Below, in pieces: positions 19,928 to 29,532 of a DNA stretch of 64,000 nucleotides. The notes beneath the pieces are model-generated. The model was given only the letters and a program-made list of their open reading frames with translations, did no database searches and was not told where the DNA came from. Origin of the DNA: Promethearchaeota archaeon (GTDB lineage Archaea; Asgardarchaeota; Lokiarchaeia; Sigyniarchaeales; SOKP01); contig JAUVNS010000001.1 in the NCBI GenBank assembly GCA_030599585.1, positions 1 to 64,000 on the forward strand. The letters run 5' to 3'. Positions within the stretch are counted from its first letter, which is position 1; the number at the start of each line of letters is the position of its first letter. A program made the position numbers and the translations under genes.

Positions 19928-22324
19928 TTAATAATTATGCTTGAAATATCCACCAATTAATTGGCCTGTGCTAATTCCTGCGTCTCCCGGAGGTATTTTA
20001 TTGTGCTCTAAAAAATTTAAACCATTTTTTAAAACAGTATCTTTAATTGCATTCGAAAATAATCTGTTGTAAGCTACTCCTCCAGTTAAACCAATTTTAT
20101 CAATCTTGTTAAAATTAGCCACTATTATAGCTATATCTGCAAAAGCTTCTGCAAAAACCACGTGAAATTTTGCAGCGATATCATGCCGATTAATGCTCGG
20201 ATTTTCAAGAAGAGTTAAGATATTTACAATTAATTCTGAAGTGTTTATGAAGAACATTCCGTCTTTTTTGTAGTATTTAATTTCTAAGTCGATTTTATCT
20301 GGATTCCCTTTTGAAGCAAACCCTTCAAGCTTCATAGCGGGTTCGCCTCTATAAGTTTTAAGAATTGACACTCCTAAAAGATAGCTTACTGTATCAAATA
20401 TTCTTCCGGCAGAACTCGTTAATGGTATGTTTTGGTCAAAGGACGATTTTGTATAGTGCTCAAATTGAGAAATAATGGTATTTAATTCCACAATTTCGTA
20501 TTCCAAGTCGCTTGCTATTCTAATTCTTTCAAAAATTCTTTTGCTTTCTTCGTGTTCCATAGAATTTAAAATAATGGACGCTGCCATTCGAGCAGGAAAT
20601 TTAGTACAGCGATCACCTCCAATCATGGGTTGGTATTGTAATTGCCCTAATCTTTCGTATTCTTTATAACCACTTAATAAAATCTCACCTCCCCAGACAT
20701 TTCCGTCGTCCCCATATCCTACCCCATCAACGCTAATTCCTACGATTCTCTCATCACGATTTACATTGTTTTCTGCCATTAAACTTAATGTATGAGCATA
20801 ATGATGTTGAATTTTATATGTTTCAATATTGTACTGTGTAGATAGTTCTTGAGCTAGTTTAGTTGTTGTGAAGCTTGGGTGAGCGTCACAAGCAATATAC
20901 TTAATCTCAGAATCTTTTATCTGTAGCAACTTTTTCATATGGTGTAAAGATTCATTTAAAAATTCGAAGGTCTCGAGGTGAGTTACGTTTCCAATATGCT
21001 GAGTAGGAAAAATTCGATTATTCCGCATTATGGCCCCAGTAACGGCTAATTCCGGACCAGTTGATAATGCTGCTGGTGTTTCTACTTCAAATGGCAATGC
21101 ATAATACTCTGGAACATAACCTCGTGATCGCCTTATTAGCTTAACTTTATCGTTATGAACCCTTAATACGCTGTCGTCTGCTCTTTGGTATATGGGTCTA
21201 TTATGAAGTAAGAAGAAATCGGCTAAATTGTTGAGTTGATCAAATATCTTTTCGTTTTCAATTGCCATAGGGATATTTGATTTGTTCCCACTTGTATAAA
21301 CTAGTGGTTGTTCTCCAACATGGTCAAAAAGTAAATAATGAATACCTGAATAGGGAAGCATAATCCCTACATTGTTCAAACCGGGTGCTACGAATTCGCT
21401 AATATTGGAGGCATTAAAATTACTATTTTTCTCTAAGAGCACGATAGGTTTTCGAAAGGACGTAAGGAGTTCTTTTTCTTTATTTGAAATCTTTAAATAA
21501 TCTTCAAGAATGCTTAAATTCGGAACCATTAAAGCAAATGGTTTATTCTTACGCTTGCCTTTCCTCCTACGGAGTTTTAAAATTGTTTTATCGTCGTTAG
21601 CAAGGCAAACCAAATGGACCCCACCTATTCCCTTAATTGCCGCAACTTCTCCTTCTTTTATCCTTTTTGCAGTTATTTTTAATATTTCCTCAATCGAATC
21701 TGTGTTAACAATGTTATTTCTTTTATCGTAAAGGTGATAATTAGGTCCGCAAACGGAACAAGCAAATGTTTGAGCGTGAAATCTTCTGTTATGAAAGTCA
21801 GAATATTCTGCCATACACGATTCTGGTTTTGCCTCTTTACAAAAAGGAAATTTTATCATTGTGCTTCTTTCTCTATCGTATGGTAATTCTCTTACTGTAG
21901 TAAATCGTGGTCCACAAACGGCACAAGCAATAAAGGGATAATTGTAATACTTTTGTAAATCTGGATTTCGCATGTCTCTCAAGCAGTCATTACAAATCGC
22001 TATGTCTGGAGGCAGAGTTAGACTAATGCCCCTTCCTTCTTCGCTTTTTCCAATTCTTAAATCTGGAAAAACCTCGCTTATTTCACTTTCCTTAACCGTG
22101 AGTTTTTCAATATATGATATATTAGTTTTCTTCTTTTCTATGTTGACGATAAATTCCTCAAAGTCTTTTTGATCGCCCTGTAAAGTAAGACTAACGCCCG
22201 CATTTCCTCGATTTAAAATAACACCTCTTAAATCGTGATTTCGTGCCAAATTATACAAAAAAGGCCGAAATCCGACGCCTTGTACTATTCCCGTTATTTC
22301 CAGATTATAAGTTATATGCTTCAA
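19928..22324 (-). CDS. hypF: [NiFe]-hydrogenase maturation carbamoyltransferase
   Basis: GIVQGVGFRPF, Zn fingers, KGIGG.HL.C, QHHYAH, DG.GYG.DG..WGGE, PPGDAGIS.GQ. Confidence 0.96.
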   Translation of the reverse strand: MKHITYNLEITGIVQGVGFRPFLYNLARNHDLRGVILNRGNAGVSLTLQGDQKDFEEFIVNIEKKKTNISYIEKLTVKESEISEVFPDLRIGKSEEGRGISLTLPPDIAICNDCLRDMRNPDLQKYYNYPFIACAVCGPRFTTVRELPYDRERSTMIKFPFCKEAKPESCMAEYSDFHNRRFHAQTFACSVCGPNYHLYDKRNNIVNTDSIEEILKITAKRIKEGEVAAIKGIGGVHLVCLANDDKTILKLRRRKGKRKNKPFALMVPNLSILEDYLKISNKEKELLTSFRKPIVLLEKNSNFNASNISEFVAPGLNNVGIMLPYSGIHYLLFDHVGEQPLVYTSGNKSNIPMAIENEKIFDQLNNLADFFLLHNRPIYQRADDSVLRVHNDKVKLIRRSRGYVPEYYALPFEVETPAALSTGPELAVTGAIMRNNRIFPTQHIGNVTHLETFEFLNESLHHMKKLLQIKDSEIKYIACDAHPSFTTTKLAQELSTQYNIETYKIQHHYAHTLSLMAENNVNRDERIVGISVDGVGYGDDGNVWGGEILLSGYKEYERLGQLQYQPMIGGDRCTKFPARMAASIILNSMEHEESKRIFERIRIASDLEYEIVELNTIISQFEHYTKSSFDQNIPLTSSAGRIFDTVSYLLGVSILKTYRGEPAMKLEGFASKGNPDKIDLEIKYYKKDGMFFINTSELIVNILTLLENPSINRHDIAAKFHVVFAEAFADIAIIVANFNKIDKIGLTGGVAYNRLFSNAIKDTVLKNGLNFLEHNKIPPGDAGISTGQLIGGYFKHNY

Positions 22325-22462
22325 GTAGAACCTTTAAAATCCTTCTATAATTTAAAACTAATCTAATAAAGTATACTTCAAAAATAAAATTAATATTTTA
22401 TTATGATAAGAAATATAGAACAAATATGTAATTTCTAAGTAACTACACTTATTTGATTTACT

Positions 22463-23335
22463 ATGACAAATACAGATTTAAGATGGGACGTACCTTATCA
22501 TCAAGCTTTTTTTAAAACTAGTCATAATTCTTTCAACATTTCTGTTCGAAAACAACTCAATCACGGCGTTAGAGGTCTTGAATACGACATACACGACGAT
22601 AGGATTCAAGAGGTTGGCGATTTTGAAGTATATCACTTGCCTAAACATGTTGGTACCGCAATTAATGTGGATGGAAATCCAAGAGATTTATTACTATCCA
22701 ATTGGCTCACATTGTTGAAGGACTGGTCAGATGAACAGAGTAATGAACACGCACCTATAACTCTTTTTATCGAATTGAAAGATTGTATTATAGACGAGAA
22801 TAATAAACCAAGCGAATTGTATGGCATTAAAAGGTTAAATAAGGTGATTCTTGATACATTATCACCTAAATACTTGTACTCACATAGCGATTTTAGGAAA
22901 AACGAATATCATTGGCCTACAGTAGGAGAATTAAAAGGACGCGTCATTGTTGTATTAACTAGTTATTGGGGGGGTTATTGGGCTTCAAGTGAAGGTGGGT
23001 TCGAATCCCGTTTACAATACTTAGACAATTGTCTGAAAGGCGAGGATGATGTTTGCTTCGTTGCTTGGATCGAAGAGGATAAAGGGAAACAAAAACTATT
23101 TATGAAAGAGAAAGCCACATTTTGGAAATGCAGTATAGAATTTAGCACCAAAAATTATGAAGAGAATGTGAAACTACAACGATCCACGAGAGTCGATTTT
23201 GATAAAATAAGAATGGGGCGTCATGTGAAAACATATTACGAAAAAAATTATGAAAGCGGTTTTAGAGCAAATTTCATGGCGACTGATTCTTGGGCGACAA
23301 TAGAATATGAGAAATCATTTCCTTGGTCAATTTAA
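22463..23335 (+). CDS. PI-PLC X-box-like phosphodiesterase
   Basis: SHNSF, QLNHGVRGLEYDIH, VYH, PI.LFIELKD, WPT..EL.G.V. Confidence 0.75.
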   Translation: MTNTDLRWDVPYHQAFFKTSHNSFNISVRKQLNHGVRGLEYDIHDDRIQEVGDFEVYHLPKHVGTAINVDGNPRDLLLSNWLTLLKDWSDEQSNEHAPITLFIELKDCIIDENNKPSELYGIKRLNKVILDTLSPKYLYSHSDFRKNEYHWPTVGELKGRVIVVLTSYWGGYWASSEGGFESRLQYLDNCLKGEDDVCFVAWIEEDKGKQKLFMKEKATFWKCSIEFSTKNYEENVKLQRSTRVDFDKIRMGRHVKTYYEKNYESGFRANFMATDSWATIEYEKSFPWSI

Positions 23336-23423
23336 ATTAATAATGAATTATATAACGCTTCTATGAGCTTCTCACTGTGAGGATCACTTGTGAGTGTCGA
23401 AACTATTTTATTCATAATGTAAG

Positions 23424-23445
23424 AAAAGCTCATTTTTGAGCTTTT
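23424..23445. promoter_or_regulatory. Perfect palindrome AAAAGCTCA-TTTT-TGAGCTTTT abutting TTTTATATA
   Basis: 9-bp arms seen directly; could be an operator or a hairpin. Confidence 0.4.
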
Positions 23446-23574
23446 ATATACCATAAAATTTGAAAACTGAAAATCATTATTAATTGATGAGAATCATTAT
23501 TCAGTATTTTATTGGATAAAATTATATAGATGAGGGATTATTGAGTTAATATCATAAATATTGTATGAAAAACT

Positions 23575-25629
23575 ATGATTAAATTTAACAAAAAAATCAA
23601 AAACCTTTCAATTCTTGGAATATTTCTAATGTCTTCGCTATTTTTAACTAGTTTTACAATTGAAAATGATGCGACTATTCTAGATCAAGAGAGTTCAAAA
23701 AGTATCGATCTTAAAGCTTCTGGATATTGGTCTAATTTTACCTTTATCCATGTCAAGAATAATTGGACTGACTTTCCTATTATTGATGGAGATGGTTCTT
23801 GGTCTAATCCATATACCATTGAAAACATGACTATAGATGCAACAACTTCTCCAACCGGCTCTGGAATTTTAATCGAAGATTCAAAAGATGTGTATTTTAA
23901 GATTAAGAACTGTACTATATCTAATTGGGGATTAACTAATGAGGACGGCGGAATTAAGCTTCTAAACTCAAGTAATGGTCTAATCGAGAATAATACGTGC
24001 TCGGGCTCATCATATTCAGGTATTGTTTTAATGGGAAATATAGGGAATACTAAAAGTAGTAATAATAACACTATAATCGGTAATACAGTAAATAGTAATG
24101 GTAATCGGGGAATCTTCTTGGAATATTATTGCGATAATAATACTATAGCTGATAATGATATTAATGGAAACACGGCATACGGTATAGATTTATGGCAATA
24201 TTGCTCAAATAATACAGTCACGGATAATGATATAAACGGCAATGGTCGAGGAATCAACATTCAGTTACAATCAAACATGAATACGATGAGTTATAATCGG
24301 TTAGAAAATAATGGGCGGGGAATATATCTATTTGATAATTGCTATAATAATAATCTCATTAACAACACTATTCGTACCAGTACTGGAAATGGAATATTTT
24401 TAGAGACGAGTTGCGAGCTTAACTACATCGCTCGGAATTACTTGGTAAACAATGGAGCGAACGGAATAGAATTAGATTCCTGTGATTATAACTCATTAGT
24501 TGATAATATTATAAATGGAAACGGGGAGAATGGTATTAAATTAACACAATTATGTGATTTTAATAATGTTAAGAATAATACCATAAGAAGTAATGGTGAT
24601 TTTTACCCTGAAGGCGGAATTGTTGTTTGGAATTACTGTCATAACAACAATTTTACCCTCAATTTAATAGAAAACAACTGGTATATCGGAATACACGTTG
24701 GCTTAAGCGATGGAAATCTTTTTAATAACAACACGATAAAAAATCATGAAGTTGGTTTGCGACTCTACTCATCATGTGATTCAAATATAATCGTAAATAA
24801 TTCGATATCTCAAAGTTCCGGGTCTAATCCTGAAGGGGTTGTAATAGAATTTAATTGTGTAAATAATATTATTCAAAATAATTTTATCAACGATACTTTT
24901 ACGGGTATTAAAATCAACAACAATGTCAATAATACTGATATAACGGAGAATTTTATTACTAATTGTGATACAAGAGGGATTCTAATCCAAACTGATACGT
25001 GCGATAATAATGAGGTGTGGTTAAATCGATTCGTTAATAACGCTGGAGTAAATGCTGTAGATGACAGTGGTACTGGTGACACAAGTTGGGATAAAGGAAG
25101 TTTTGGAAATTATTGGGACGATTACGGAGGAGTTGATGCTAACGATGATGGAATTGGAGATACTCCATACGGTATTAGTGGTACTGGAGGAAATCAAGAT
25201 AACTTTCCTATTTGGGAAGATGGGGACGATATTTATCCAACAATGATAAGGAATTCACCCTCGCCACCATTCACATTTGGAGCTACTGCGCCCACCTTTA
25301 ATATAACGATATACGATGTAAACTTGCATATGGCTTGGTATAAGCTAAATGACACGTATATACACTTTTTCACACCGGTCAATGGTATTAACATAATTCA
25401 GATCGATCAAACTAGTTGGGATGCTTTAGCTGAAGGAAACTTTTCACTCGGGTTCTTTGTAAACGATACATCTGGTCACCTTTTAACTATGGGTATGACT
25501 GTAACTAAAGAACTACCCCCCGAAGAACCAACACCGGAGATTCCCTTTGGAAATTACTTTATGATTTTTGGAATAATTGCCATAGTGTCTATTGTTATTC
25601 TAAAAAAGCGAAAAATAAATCTAAAATAA
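23575..25629 (+). CDS. Secreted parallel beta-helix (NosD/CASH-like) surface protein with C-terminal sorting tail
   Basis: Signal peptide; repeated N.I..N...GI.L; GNYW.DY.G.D...DGIGD.PY; EIPFG-TM-KKRK. Confidence 0.88.
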   Translation: MIKFNKKIKNLSILGIFLMSSLFLTSFTIENDATILDQESSKSIDLKASGYWSNFTFIHVKNNWTDFPIIDGDGSWSNPYTIENMTIDATTSPTGSGILIEDSKDVYFKIKNCTISNWGLTNEDGGIKLLNSSNGLIENNTCSGSSYSGIVLMGNIGNTKSSNNNTIIGNTVNSNGNRGIFLEYYCDNNTIADNDINGNTAYGIDLWQYCSNNTVTDNDINGNGRGINIQLQSNMNTMSYNRLENNGRGIYLFDNCYNNNLINNTIRTSTGNGIFLETSCELNYIARNYLVNNGANGIELDSCDYNSLVDNIINGNGENGIKLTQLCDFNNVKNNTIRSNGDFYPEGGIVVWNYCHNNNFTLNLIENNWYIGIHVGLSDGNLFNNNTIKNHEVGLRLYSSCDSNIIVNNSISQSSGSNPEGVVIEFNCVNNIIQNNFINDTFTGIKINNNVNNTDITENFITNCDTRGILIQTDTCDNNEVWLNRFVNNAGVNAVDDSGTGDTSWDKGSFGNYWDDYGGVDANDDGIGDTPYGISGTGGNQDNFPIWEDGDDIYPTMIRNSPSPPFTFGATAPTFNITIYDVNLHMAWYKLNDTYIHFFTPVNGINIIQIDQTSWDALAEGNFSLGFFVNDTSGHLLTMGMTVTKELPPEEPTPEIPFGNYFMIFGIIAIVSIVILKKRKINLK

Positions 25630-25778
25630 TCTTTTTTAATTCTTTTTTTTTAATGATATTTATAATATCTACTGATTTATTCTTAGAATATATAATAGAA
25701 AATAAGTTTCTTATAAGGATCGGCAACGTGTCTAATATAATAGAGTTTTTCCTTGGTCTGTCTAACATTTTCAATTTC

Positions 25779-26195
25779 CTAGCGTATCCGCTCCCATATC
25801 AGGTGCCAAACAACTTCGGTACCTTTTATCTGTATAGGTGTTGTTATTAGTTCTAGTTTGTTATCATAAAATTTGAAGAATCTTTTTAAATCTATATTTG
25901 TCCAGTTTGGAAACAAAGATCCCTCGAGATGATGTGTAACACTTCCTTCTTCATGATCAACATCATATGTCCCATAATAAGCATTATATCCTTCAAATGC
26001 CTTTTTTAATTCTTCTGACGATTCCCAATCTTCGAGAGGCTGTCGATTTGAATCCATCAATTGCACAGACATGTACCCTTTATCATCATACCTTAGACGG
26101 CCAATCCAGTTAAATTTTTCCAAAACTTCACCATCAACAGTTTGACTCTCCATAGAAATGAGCTTCCAGATTCCTATTACGTTTTTTCTACTAAT
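25779..26195 (-). CDS. Lipocalin-like domain protein
   Basis: N-terminal VIGIWKLIS motif lies upstream of the ORF-track ATG; G.L.Y...GYMSVQL, AYYGTY, L.WER; probable ATT/ATA start behind GAGGG. Confidence 0.8.
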   Translation of the reverse strand: MSRKNVIGIWKLISMESQTVDGEVLEKFNWIGRLRYDDKGYMSVQLMDSNRQPLEDWESSEELKKAFEGYNAYYGTYDVDHEEGSVTHHLEGSLFPNWTNIDLKRFFKFYDNKLELITTPIQIKGTEVVWHLIWERIR

Positions 26196-26314
26196 ATTTA
26201 TTCCCTCTTATTATTTAACAAGAATGTATAATTATTTTATACATGTCTAATTAATATATCTAGGGTTGATGAAATTAAAAATAAGATCTTCTTTAGAGCC
26301 CATCCTATTTGCAT

Positions 26315-27418
26315 TTAATCATCGTAGTCTTTATTGTATTTATAATAAATGCTACATGTGCCTTCTTGCGAAACCATGCATGGACCAATTGGATTGAGCG
26401 GAGTACACTCCTTTGCAAACAACTTACACCCCTTTGGAGAAAGTTTACCTACCATTATTAAATGACAAGAACAATCTGGAGGGATATCTTGTGATTTTTC
26501 AATTTTTATGTCGAATTTCTTATCAGCGTCAAATTTTTCGTATTTGTCTCGTATAGCCAAACCTCCGTCAAGAATTCGTCCAATCCCCCTCCAAGGACTT
26601 GATACCGATTGGAAAACGTCGGTTATAATTTCCTGAGCAATTTTATTTCCCTCAGGTTTTACAACTCTCGAATACTCGTTTAACGTTTCGAATTTTTTAT
26701 TTTTTATTTGCCGGAGAAGCATTAAGATGCCCAATAATACGTCGTTAGGTTCAAAACCTGCGATTACGTTAGGTACTTTATAAGCGTCTGAAAAGATCTT
26801 AAAAGGTTGTAAGCCTATTATCGTAGAAACGTGACCCGGTGATATAAATCCATCAATCCGAAGCTGCGATTGACTGATTAAAAGCTCTAATGCTGCAGGA
26901 ATTAATTTATACGCACAAATTACAGAGAAATTAGAAGGAGGTCCACTTTTGATTTCGTATCCTATTAGTGGAGCTGTGGTTTCAAATCCAATAGCAAAAA
27001 ATATTACTTCTTTATTTGGATTTTCTTTTGCAATTTTGATTGCGTCGTGTGGTCCGTATACTATTCTTACATCTGCACCTTTCGCCTTCGCTTGTGCTAA
27101 AGATAGGTTGGTAGCTGGAACGCGTATCATATCCCCAAAAGTAGTTATTATAGTGTCGTCTCGTTTTCCAATCTCAATTGCTTTATCAATATCTGCAGCG
27201 GGACATACGCAAACCGGACACCCTGGACCTGAAAGGATTTCGATCTCTTTAGGTAACAATGGTCTTAGCCCATGCTTCGCAAGAGTATGTTCGTGAGTGC
27301 CACACACGTGCATAAACTTAAGTGGTTTATTTATATCCTTAACAATTTTATTTATTGATTTAATTATTGTTTCAGTGAATTCTCTGCTTCTTAAAATTTT
27401 AATTCCTGGTATATCCAT
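26315..27418 (-). CDS. hypD: Hydrogenase maturation protein HypD
   Basis: HVCGTHE, GPGCPVC, GFETT, PGHVS, GPCMVS.EG.C. Confidence 0.96.
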   Translation of the reverse strand: MDIPGIKILRSREFTETIIKSINKIVKDINKPLKFMHVCGTHEHTLAKHGLRPLLPKEIEILSGPGCPVCVCPAADIDKAIEIGKRDDTIITTFGDMIRVPATNLSLAQAKAKGADVRIVYGPHDAIKIAKENPNKEVIFFAIGFETTAPLIGYEIKSGPPSNFSVICAYKLIPAALELLISQSQLRIDGFISPGHVSTIIGLQPFKIFSDAYKVPNVIAGFEPNDVLLGILMLLRQIKNKKFETLNEYSRVVKPEGNKIAQEIITDVFQSVSSPWRGIGRILDGGLAIRDKYEKFDADKKFDIKIEKSQDIPPDCSCHLIMVGKLSPKGCKLFAKECTPLNPIGPCMVSQEGTCSIYYKYNKDYDD

Positions 27419-27605
27419 TTTCGTTTACTTATTTCTTTCATAAATTCAGTATCCAATAAAGTATTTTTTTTTTAATAATTTTTATTCTTTTCTAACTTGG
27501 CAATATTCTCGCCTTTACGATATTATGAATCAAATTTTTGTACATTACTTTTATAAACTAATGAATCTATATAGCATATAGACAAAAATTAAGGTATGAA
27601 CTAAA

Positions 27606-28736
27606 TTGACATCATGCAATTTTTGTGGCATTAATGCTGGGTATCTTCCCTTTAAATGCTCTTATTGTGGTAGATATTTTTGTAAAGAACATAGGATTCC
27701 AGAAAATCATGGGTGTACTATGGACAGACCCAGTAAAGCGCAGACCACTCAAACCCCCCACAAAATCAAACAAAAATCAAGTGTAAGCGTAAATTCGGGT
27801 TATAAATATAGTTCAAAAACGAGACATGAACCTGAATCAAACTATTATAAAAATAGTTCAAGAACGAGATATGAACCTGAATCAAACTATTATAAAAATA
27901 GTTCAAGAACGAGATATGAATCTAAATCAAAAAAAATTTTTAGTTTTCAAAATTTTTGCTTATCGTTCTTTATTGGACTAGTTGTTTTTATTTGTGTAGG
28001 GGTTGGTGTCTTTGTCGCTTTTCAGTACAATCCAAATCTTCCAAGCGGCATACAGGTAAAAGATGGAAATGAAATCGTGTGGGATATTGAATATAATGAA
28101 CAAAACTGTAATAATCTGCTAAATCATTATGCTTATTTCAATATAGATACATCATATACTCAAAAGAAGATGAATATCGTGCGTACAAATGGAACGACGA
28201 TGTTTGGGCTCACTATGGTAGGGATATTAGTTGATGGATTCATCAAAAAGGATGATAGTAATACATGGGAACAATCTGTAGATAACCACGCCATTCAGTT
28301 TCAATGCATCGAAGATACAGAATATTACTCATTTAATATCGGGCTATATTTATTTTCAACCTTTGACATTCCCGACTATTATATTATTCCAAATGATCTG
28401 GATTACTATGATTTAGCTGTGGATGTATGTAATCGACTCGGATCGGGAGGATATTTTACTAGAGGGTTACCAGTCGAAAGAGAAAACGGATTTTACATAA
28501 TAGGACTTGCGCTTACCGGACAAGGCATTGTAGATATATACATAGAATATAGCGGAAGCATTTTATCTTCTTATCGTCTTAATTATAATTCAGAAAGTTG
28601 TATAACAATGAAAGCAATAGATCTTATACCAGGCATCCCGAATTTCTTTTTGTTAATCGTAATCTTAATAAGTATCTTGGGACTTATAACTCCGTTTGTT
28701 TTTAACTTGGGCAAATATGTTGACAGGTTGAATTAA
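27606..28736 (+). CDS. AN1-type zinc-finger membrane protein
   Basis: C..C...LPFKCSYCGRYFCKEHRIPENHGC; TM helix; extracytoplasmic domain; IPG-TM tail. Confidence 0.8.
   Translation: MTSCNFCGINAGYLPFKCSYCGRYFCKEHRIPENHGCTMDRPSKAQTTQTPHKIKQKSSVSVNSGYKYSSKTRHEPESNYYKNSSRTRYEPESNYYKNSSRTRYESKSKKIFSFQNFCLSFFIGLVVFICVGVGVFVAFQYNPNLPSGIQVKDGNEIVWDIEYNEQNCNNLLNHYAYFNIDTSYTQKKMNIVRTNGTTMFGLTMVGILVDGFIKKDDSNTWEQSVDNHAIQFQCIEDTEYYSFNIGLYLFSTFDIPDYYIIPNDLDYYDLAVDVCNRLGSGGYFTRGLPVERENGFYIIGLALTGQGIVDIYIEYSGSILSSYRLNYNSESCITMKAIDLIPGIPNFFLLIVILISILGLITPFVFNLGKYVDRLN
27801..27930 (+). repeat. 45-bp intragenic tandem repeat, about 2.9 copies (YKNSSRTRYEPESNY)
   Basis: Units start at 27801, 27846 and 27891. 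Confidence 0.9.
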
Positions 28737-28797
28737 ATACAGTTTAAACTTCCTTGAAAATCTGGGCTCCTGGAAAATCCATCTTTTTCAGTCTATT

Positions 28798-29469
28798 TTA
28801 ATCAATAATTATGTGGTCTAAAATTTTACCCGAAGTATCAAAACACTTTATACTATCAGAAAGATTGTAAGGATGCGCCAATAACATTGTAAATCTTCGT
28901 TTTTTAAAAATCTGGTTTAGTTTCACATTTGTTGAGAGCGTGCCTGATGGGCGTGATATGAAAGTTCCCTCGTATGAGAAATCTAATGGAATACTACAGG
29001 TTGGTCTAATTATCTCAAAATCTTTTTCATTATCAGTACAAGCTCTTGATGATAAAATATATTCAGATACAACTCCTTTATGGACTCCTAATATCCCTTT
29101 CATTTTTCTGGGATGACCTTTTTTACACATATCAACTAATCCTTCAAGAAAATCTCTTTTAATCATAATTTGATTTAATTTCACATTGTCAATTAATAAT
29201 AGAATTTCATCTATTATTTCTAAAACGGAGTCTGTTGAATGTCTGTTCCAATTCCGTAATGAGGTGACGATCCGACTGAGTTTGAATTTATATTCTTTAT
29301 TATAATTAATTAAGTAAGCTTTCAGTTTTTTCGGATATTTTCTAAAATCAACTTCTAAGAGAGCTTCACTATTGATTTTAAAATGTAAATGAAAATCATT
29401 TCCGTTAACAGAAATTACATCTGGAAATTTTTCAAGAACTTTTCGATATTCTTCCTTTCTTATGTCCAT
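28798..29469 (-). CDS. Protein with a degenerate C-terminal MPN/JAB domain and a possible RWD/UBC-like N-terminus
   Basis: IKRDFLEGL...CKKGHPRKMKGILG...GTFISRPSG aligns by eye with archaeal JAMM (HP.E...GT.HSHPSG) but lacks the catalytic E/H/H. Confidence 0.6.
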   Translation of the reverse strand: MDIRKEEYRKVLEKFPDVISVNGNDFHLHFKINSEALLEVDFRKYPKKLKAYLINYNKEYKFKLSRIVTSLRNWNRHSTDSVLEIIDEILLLIDNVKLNQIMIKRDFLEGLVDMCKKGHPRKMKGILGVHKGVVSEYILSSRACTDNEKDFEIIRPTCSIPLDFSYEGTFISRPSGTLSTNVKLNQIFKKRRFTMLLAHPYNLSDSIKCFDTSGKILDHIIID

Positions 29470-29532
29470 ATTTTTCTCAAATTGTTATGGTTTATTTTAT
29501 TTACGATTTAAATTTCAATTTCTGTAAATATC

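Noticed and set aside
27801-27930. Possible CRISPR array
   Set aside because: Contiguous in-frame 45-bp units without unique spacers; no cas genes in the window
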